The position numbers and the translations under genes were made by a program. From the NCBI GenBank assembly GCA_016840035.1, contig JAEOTC010000045.1, forward strand, positions 1-28,822: 28,822 nucleotides of DNA. Reading direction: 5' to 3'. A model generated the notes under the pieces. The model was not told the origin of the DNA, ran no database searches, and saw nothing but the letters and a program-made list of their open reading frames with translations. Source of the DNA: Candidatus Hodarchaeota archaeon. GTDB taxonomy: Archaea > Asgardarchaeota > Heimdallarchaeia > Hodarchaeales > Hodarchaeaceae. Of this stretch, positions 25,189-28,822 are shown piece after piece. The stretch's first letter is position 1. Each line of letters begins with the position of its first letter.

Positions 25189-26316
25189 ATGAAAAAACAA
25201 GTTGTAGTCATATTCATGTTTATACTCTTCATCATTAGTATTCATCCTTTATCAGCAAAAAACACGGGAGTGAATCAACAATTAGGAAAAATTGCGGTTA
25301 TAATAGATTCTCCTGAATTCTATCACGCTTCCTATACTGATGATATCCTTAACGGATTTAACTACATAAATCAAACGTATTCAATAGATGTGGATATCAT
25401 CCAACTTACAAACTACACACTTGTCAATAGGGCTCCGTATGAGATTACATACACTTACAATGGATCATCCACGAATCAAACACAACTTGTTGAGATGTTA
25501 ATTCAAAGAAACCAGTATGATTTAATAGTATTTATAGGATATGAATTGAGACGGGGATTTGATGTATCTGAATTTCCTGAAACCGATTTTCTATTTTATG
25601 ATTTGTCGGGGGAATTTCCTGCATTTGAAGGAGGTAATATTCCGGAAAATCTTTTCATAGTTAACTTCAAAGATAATGAGCAGGCATTTCTCGCTGGTTC
25701 TTTAGCTGTGATGGAATTTTATCCTTTACCCACAAAAATTGGGATTGTAGGTACTTGGAACGGAGATTCAAGAACTCGTTACCTAATTGCTGGTTTCCAG
25801 AGTGCCCTCTTCCGAAATACTACGAATGTAGATATTTCGATCGCTTATGTTGATACTTGGATTGACCAAGAAAAAGTAAAAGAGATTAGTTCTGATTTTA
25901 CTACTCAAGGAATAGAACTTGTTTTTACAGCACTTCAAGCAAATAATACACTTGTAATGCTTGAATCATTCACTGGAGGGGATGTAGTGAGTATTGATTT
26001 AAATCAATCAAAGAGTGTAATGAAAAATAATACTCGTGTGCTAACAAGTGTGTTTAAAACTTTCAATACAAGCGAAGGGTTTTTTGGAGGTGTATCTGCA
26101 TCATTTGGAATAACTGATCAGATCTTCTATTCTAATGGATGGTCTGATCCTGTGAGTGCAAATAAGACTTTAGTTGGAATACAGGACGAAATTGCCTCTG
26201 GTGATCTTGTTGTACCTACAGATATAAAGTATGCTTCAAATACACCAAGTATATCGATAGTTTTGATAATTCTAGCAATTCTACCTCTCTTATCTTTAAG
26301 AAAAAAGAGAAGATGA
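25189..26316 (+). CDS. BMP/PnrA-family (nucleoside-binding) solute-binding protein with C-terminal membrane anchor
   Basis: Signal peptide; 'YDLIVFIGY', 'EFPETDF', 'F.DNEQAFLAGSLA', 'KIGIVG', 'AGF', 'IASG.L.VP'; C-terminal TM + RKKRR. Confidence 0.82.
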   Translation: MKKQVVVIFMFILFIISIHPLSAKNTGVNQQLGKIAVIIDSPEFYHASYTDDILNGFNYINQTYSIDVDIIQLTNYTLVNRAPYEITYTYNGSSTNQTQLVEMLIQRNQYDLIVFIGYELRRGFDVSEFPETDFLFYDLSGEFPAFEGGNIPENLFIVNFKDNEQAFLAGSLAVMEFYPLPTKIGIVGTWNGDSRTRYLIAGFQSALFRNTTNVDISIAYVDTWIDQEKVKEISSDFTTQGIELVFTALQANNTLVMLESFTGGDVVSIDLNQSKSVMKNNTRVLTSVFKTFNTSEGFFGGVSASFGITDQIFYSNGWSDPVSANKTLVGIQDEIASGDLVVPTDIKYASNTPSISIVLIILAILPLLSLRKKRR

Positions 26317-26351
26317 CAGCTATCTAAGTTTTAAGGTTGGAAAGTAACTTC

Positions 26352-27149
26352 ATGAACGAATCTATTTGTATTATCGGTGGTTCGGGTTTCTATGACTTCT
26401 TATCCTCTCCCTCTGAGAAATTAGTGGAAACTCCATTTTGCTCTGAACCTGTAGTATTATATCATTCGAGAGTAAATGAGAAAGATCTATATTTTTTACC
26501 CCGTCATGGAAAAGGCCATTCAATTCCACCCCATCGCATAAATTTCAAAGCAAATATCTATGCTCTTCATCTCCTTTCCGTTTCAAGAGTTTTATCTACC
26601 AGTGCAGTTGGTAGTGTCCGAACTAAGATAAAACCTGGAAAATATGTTCTTCTAGATCAATTTATCGACTTTATTCGACCTATTACATTTTTTGAAGGTG
26701 ATTTTAAGGTCGATTTCCCTGATGGAAATATGCTATCAGGGGTAATTCATACTGATATGACTCATCCCTACTGTCCTGATCTCCGTTCTCATATCTCAAA
26801 AGTCTTATCAAAATTCTCCCATTTTCAATCCGAGGGAACATATTTTTGTGCTGCAGGTCCACGATTCGAGACTCCCGCAGAAATTAAGGCTTTACAAGCA
26901 ATGGGTGCAGATGTGGTGGGTATGACCAACTCTTCAGAGGCAATTCTATGTCGTGAACTAGGTATTTGTTACAGTTCAATAGCAGTAGTTACTAATTTCG
27001 CTGCAGGACTTCAAAAAGAAGTGAATCATCAGGAGGTTGTCGAGTTATTTAACAAACGCGCTTCTGAATTAAAAACGATATTGAATGATATAATAGAAAT
27101 CCTTCCTGGCATTAAAACCTGTTCGTGCAAAAGCCATATCTCAAAATAG
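26352..27149 (+). CDS. mtnP: MTAP-family purine nucleoside phosphorylase (methylthioadenosine/methylthioinosine phosphorylase)
   Basis: 'IIGGSG', 'FLPRHG..H.IPPH.IN..ANI', 'AVGS', 'DQFID', 'GPRFETPAE', 'VVGMT', 'TNFAAG'; TTG 26337 is an alternative start. Confidence 0.92.
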   Translation: MNESICIIGGSGFYDFLSSPSEKLVETPFCSEPVVLYHSRVNEKDLYFLPRHGKGHSIPPHRINFKANIYALHLLSVSRVLSTSAVGSVRTKIKPGKYVLLDQFIDFIRPITFFEGDFKVDFPDGNMLSGVIHTDMTHPYCPDLRSHISKVLSKFSHFQSEGTYFCAAGPRFETPAEIKALQAMGADVVGMTNSSEAILCRELGICYSSIAVVTNFAAGLQKEVNHQEVVELFNKRASELKTILNDIIEILPGIKTCSCKSHISK

Positions 27150-27356
27150 GGGTTGAGCTGATAATTGATTATGATTTGAATCTCTTCCATAGAAGTGATA
27201 TTATTTTTCTTCCCCAAGAACAGATTGAATTTTGTTAGGTTATCGAGATAAAGAACACTACTCTTAAGTAACAATCTCAGAATGAATTTTTCAAGAGATA
27301 AATCCACTTTCCAGAAGTAGAATTCTGGAAGTGTTGAAATATGGAAGGTTAATTCA

Positions 27357-28529
27357 ATGGTTCAAACAGAACATCTATTCACCTCCGAATCAGTTACTGA
27401 AGGACATCCTGATAAAATGGCTGATGCAATCTCGGATAGTATCCTAGATGCCATCTTAGCAAAAGACCCAGAAGCACATGTTGCCTGTGAAACTTATTTA
27501 ACAACTGGTATGGCACTTGTTGGGGGAGAGATTTCTACTAATACTTATGTAGATATTCAAAAGGTCGTCCGTCAGAAGATAAAGGATATTGGGTATTTGA
27601 ATTCCGATATGGGATTTGATTATAAGAGTGTGGCGGTTTTAAATGCCATACATGAACAAAGTTCTGATATTGCTCAAGGTGTCAAAAAATCCACGCCTGA
27701 AGAACAAGGTGCTGGAGATCAGGGGATGATGTTTGGGTATGCATGTGCAGAAACTGAGGAATTTATGCCTTTACCTATTACATTAGCCCACAACTTGACT
27801 AGCAGATTAGCTGAAGTTCGAAAGACTGGAAAAATTTCATGGCTACGTCCTGATGGAAAATCTCAAGTTACAGTCGAATATAAAGGGAGAACACCTATTT
27901 CAGTAAGATCTGTTGTTCTTGCAGCGCAACATACCGAAGAGGTAACCCATGCTCAAATAAAAGAAGAACTTATTGAAACAGTAATCAAACCAGTAATTCC
28001 CTCAGTTTTTCTTAACGATGAAACAGAATTCTTCGTCAATGAGACTGGTAGATTTGTTATCGGAGGACCACACGGAGATACTGGACTCACAGGTAGAAAA
28101 ATAATTGTAGATACCTATGGCGGAGTGGGTTCTCATGGTGGTGGATGTTTTTCGGGGAAAGATCCTTCAAAAGTAGACCGATCTGGATCATATGCTGCAC
28201 GCTGGGCAGCAAAAAATGTTGTAGCCGCAGGATTAGCTGAAAAGTGTGAGATCCAGATAGCATATGCAATAGGGGTCGCAAAACCCCTATCTATATACTT
28301 AGAGACTAAAGGGACAAATAAAATACCTGAAAAAATAATACTTGATCTCATTAAATCTCATTTCGATTTCCGACCTGGGATGATTATTCAAAGATTAAAT
28401 CTCAAGAGACCAATTTATGCAAAAACAGCAGCTTATGGTCACTTTGGGAGAAATGATCCTGATTTCACTTGGGAAAAAACAGATGTTGCCTCACTATTAA
28501 AGGAAAATGCAGGATTTTTAGACAAGTAA
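27357..28529 (+). CDS. metK: S-adenosylmethionine synthetase, bacterial/eukaryotic type
   Basis: '[13 protein letters not shown]', 'GAGDQG', 'RPDGKSQV', '[14 protein letters not shown]', '[16 protein letters not shown]', 'YGHFGR'. Confidence 0.98.
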   Translation: MVQTEHLFTSESVTEGHPDKMADAISDSILDAILAKDPEAHVACETYLTTGMALVGGEISTNTYVDIQKVVRQKIKDIGYLNSDMGFDYKSVAVLNAIHEQSSDIAQGVKKSTPEEQGAGDQGMMFGYACAETEEFMPLPITLAHNLTSRLAEVRKTGKISWLRPDGKSQVTVEYKGRTPISVRSVVLAAQHTEEVTHAQIKEELIETVIKPVIPSVFLNDETEFFVNETGRFVIGGPHGDTGLTGRKIIVDTYGGVGSHGGGCFSGKDPSKVDRSGSYAARWAAKNVVAAGLAEKCEIQIAYAIGVAKPLSIYLETKGTNKIPEKIILDLIKSHFDFRPGMIIQRLNLKRPIYAKTAAYGHFGRNDPDFTWEKTDVASLLKENAGFLDK

Positions 28530-28635
28530 GAAGTTAAAATTTTAATAAGAAACTAGACCATAATCCTGTAGCTTTTACCTTGGATTTTGTAGAAACATCC
28601 TCCTCTCCTTTTACAACGCAATATCACCAATAAGG

Positions 28636-28650
28636 TTTTCTTTTTTTTTC
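28636..28650 (+). terminator. Oligo-T tract, possible terminator after metK
   Basis: Long T run about 110 nt after the stop codon. Confidence 0.35.
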
Positions 28651-28819
28651 TATTTGCACCTTAAATTTTAAGTGGAGGATTCTATAAATGAGTCTTTGAT
28701 TTTTTGTACTTGAATATAAGGTATCATTTGTGGATTCATCAAATCAAATTTGATTTACTCGAATAATAAAATATGGAAATGTTGATTCCACAGAGATTAT
28801 TTTCCTAAAGGGTGATAAA

Positions 28820-28822
28820 ATG
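28820..28822 (+). other. Probable start codon of a gene continuing beyond the window
   Basis: GGTGA RBS-like sequence followed by ATG at the last three bases. Confidence 0.4.

Noticed and set aside
1-28822. CRISPR array, tRNA or rRNA genes
   Set aside because: Intergenic regions are short and AT-rich, with no regularly spaced repeats or GC-rich structured RNA signatures visible.

Overview
AT-rich archaeal chromosomal segment, most likely from an Asgard archaeon. This is an inference from a clear profilin, a Roadblock/LAMTOR-like protein, TFB, a DGGGP synthase-like prenyltransferase and GGTGA/GGAG ribosome-binding sites. About 27 protein-coding genes are present. No rRNA, tRNA, CRISPR array, integrase or transposase was recognised. 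Left part: a tightly spaced ino1 - UbiA/DGGGP synthase - BpsA::AdoMet decarboxylase fusion - polyprenol kinase operon, then small membrane and cytoskeletal genes. The most striking element lies between profilin and yjbQ (7641-15486) and looks like a nuclease-free nucleic-acid modification locus. It contains an Eco57I/TaqI-like gamma-class adenine methyltransferase and two divergently transcribed zinc-less TGT/DpdA-like transglycosylases flanking a DUF6884 (YaaA/DpdC-like) gene. It ends with a beta-class methyltransferase built from two tandem MTase folds: a catalytically dead copy carrying a large target-recognition insert, and a catalytic copy with almost none. Right part: mostly housekeeping genes (tfb, HTH regulator, hflX, subtilase, PPi-type PFK, ferredoxin + FAD oxidoreductase, BMP-family binding protein, mtnP, bacterial/eukaryotic-type metK). 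All family calls come from motif recognition by eye; no database search was run.
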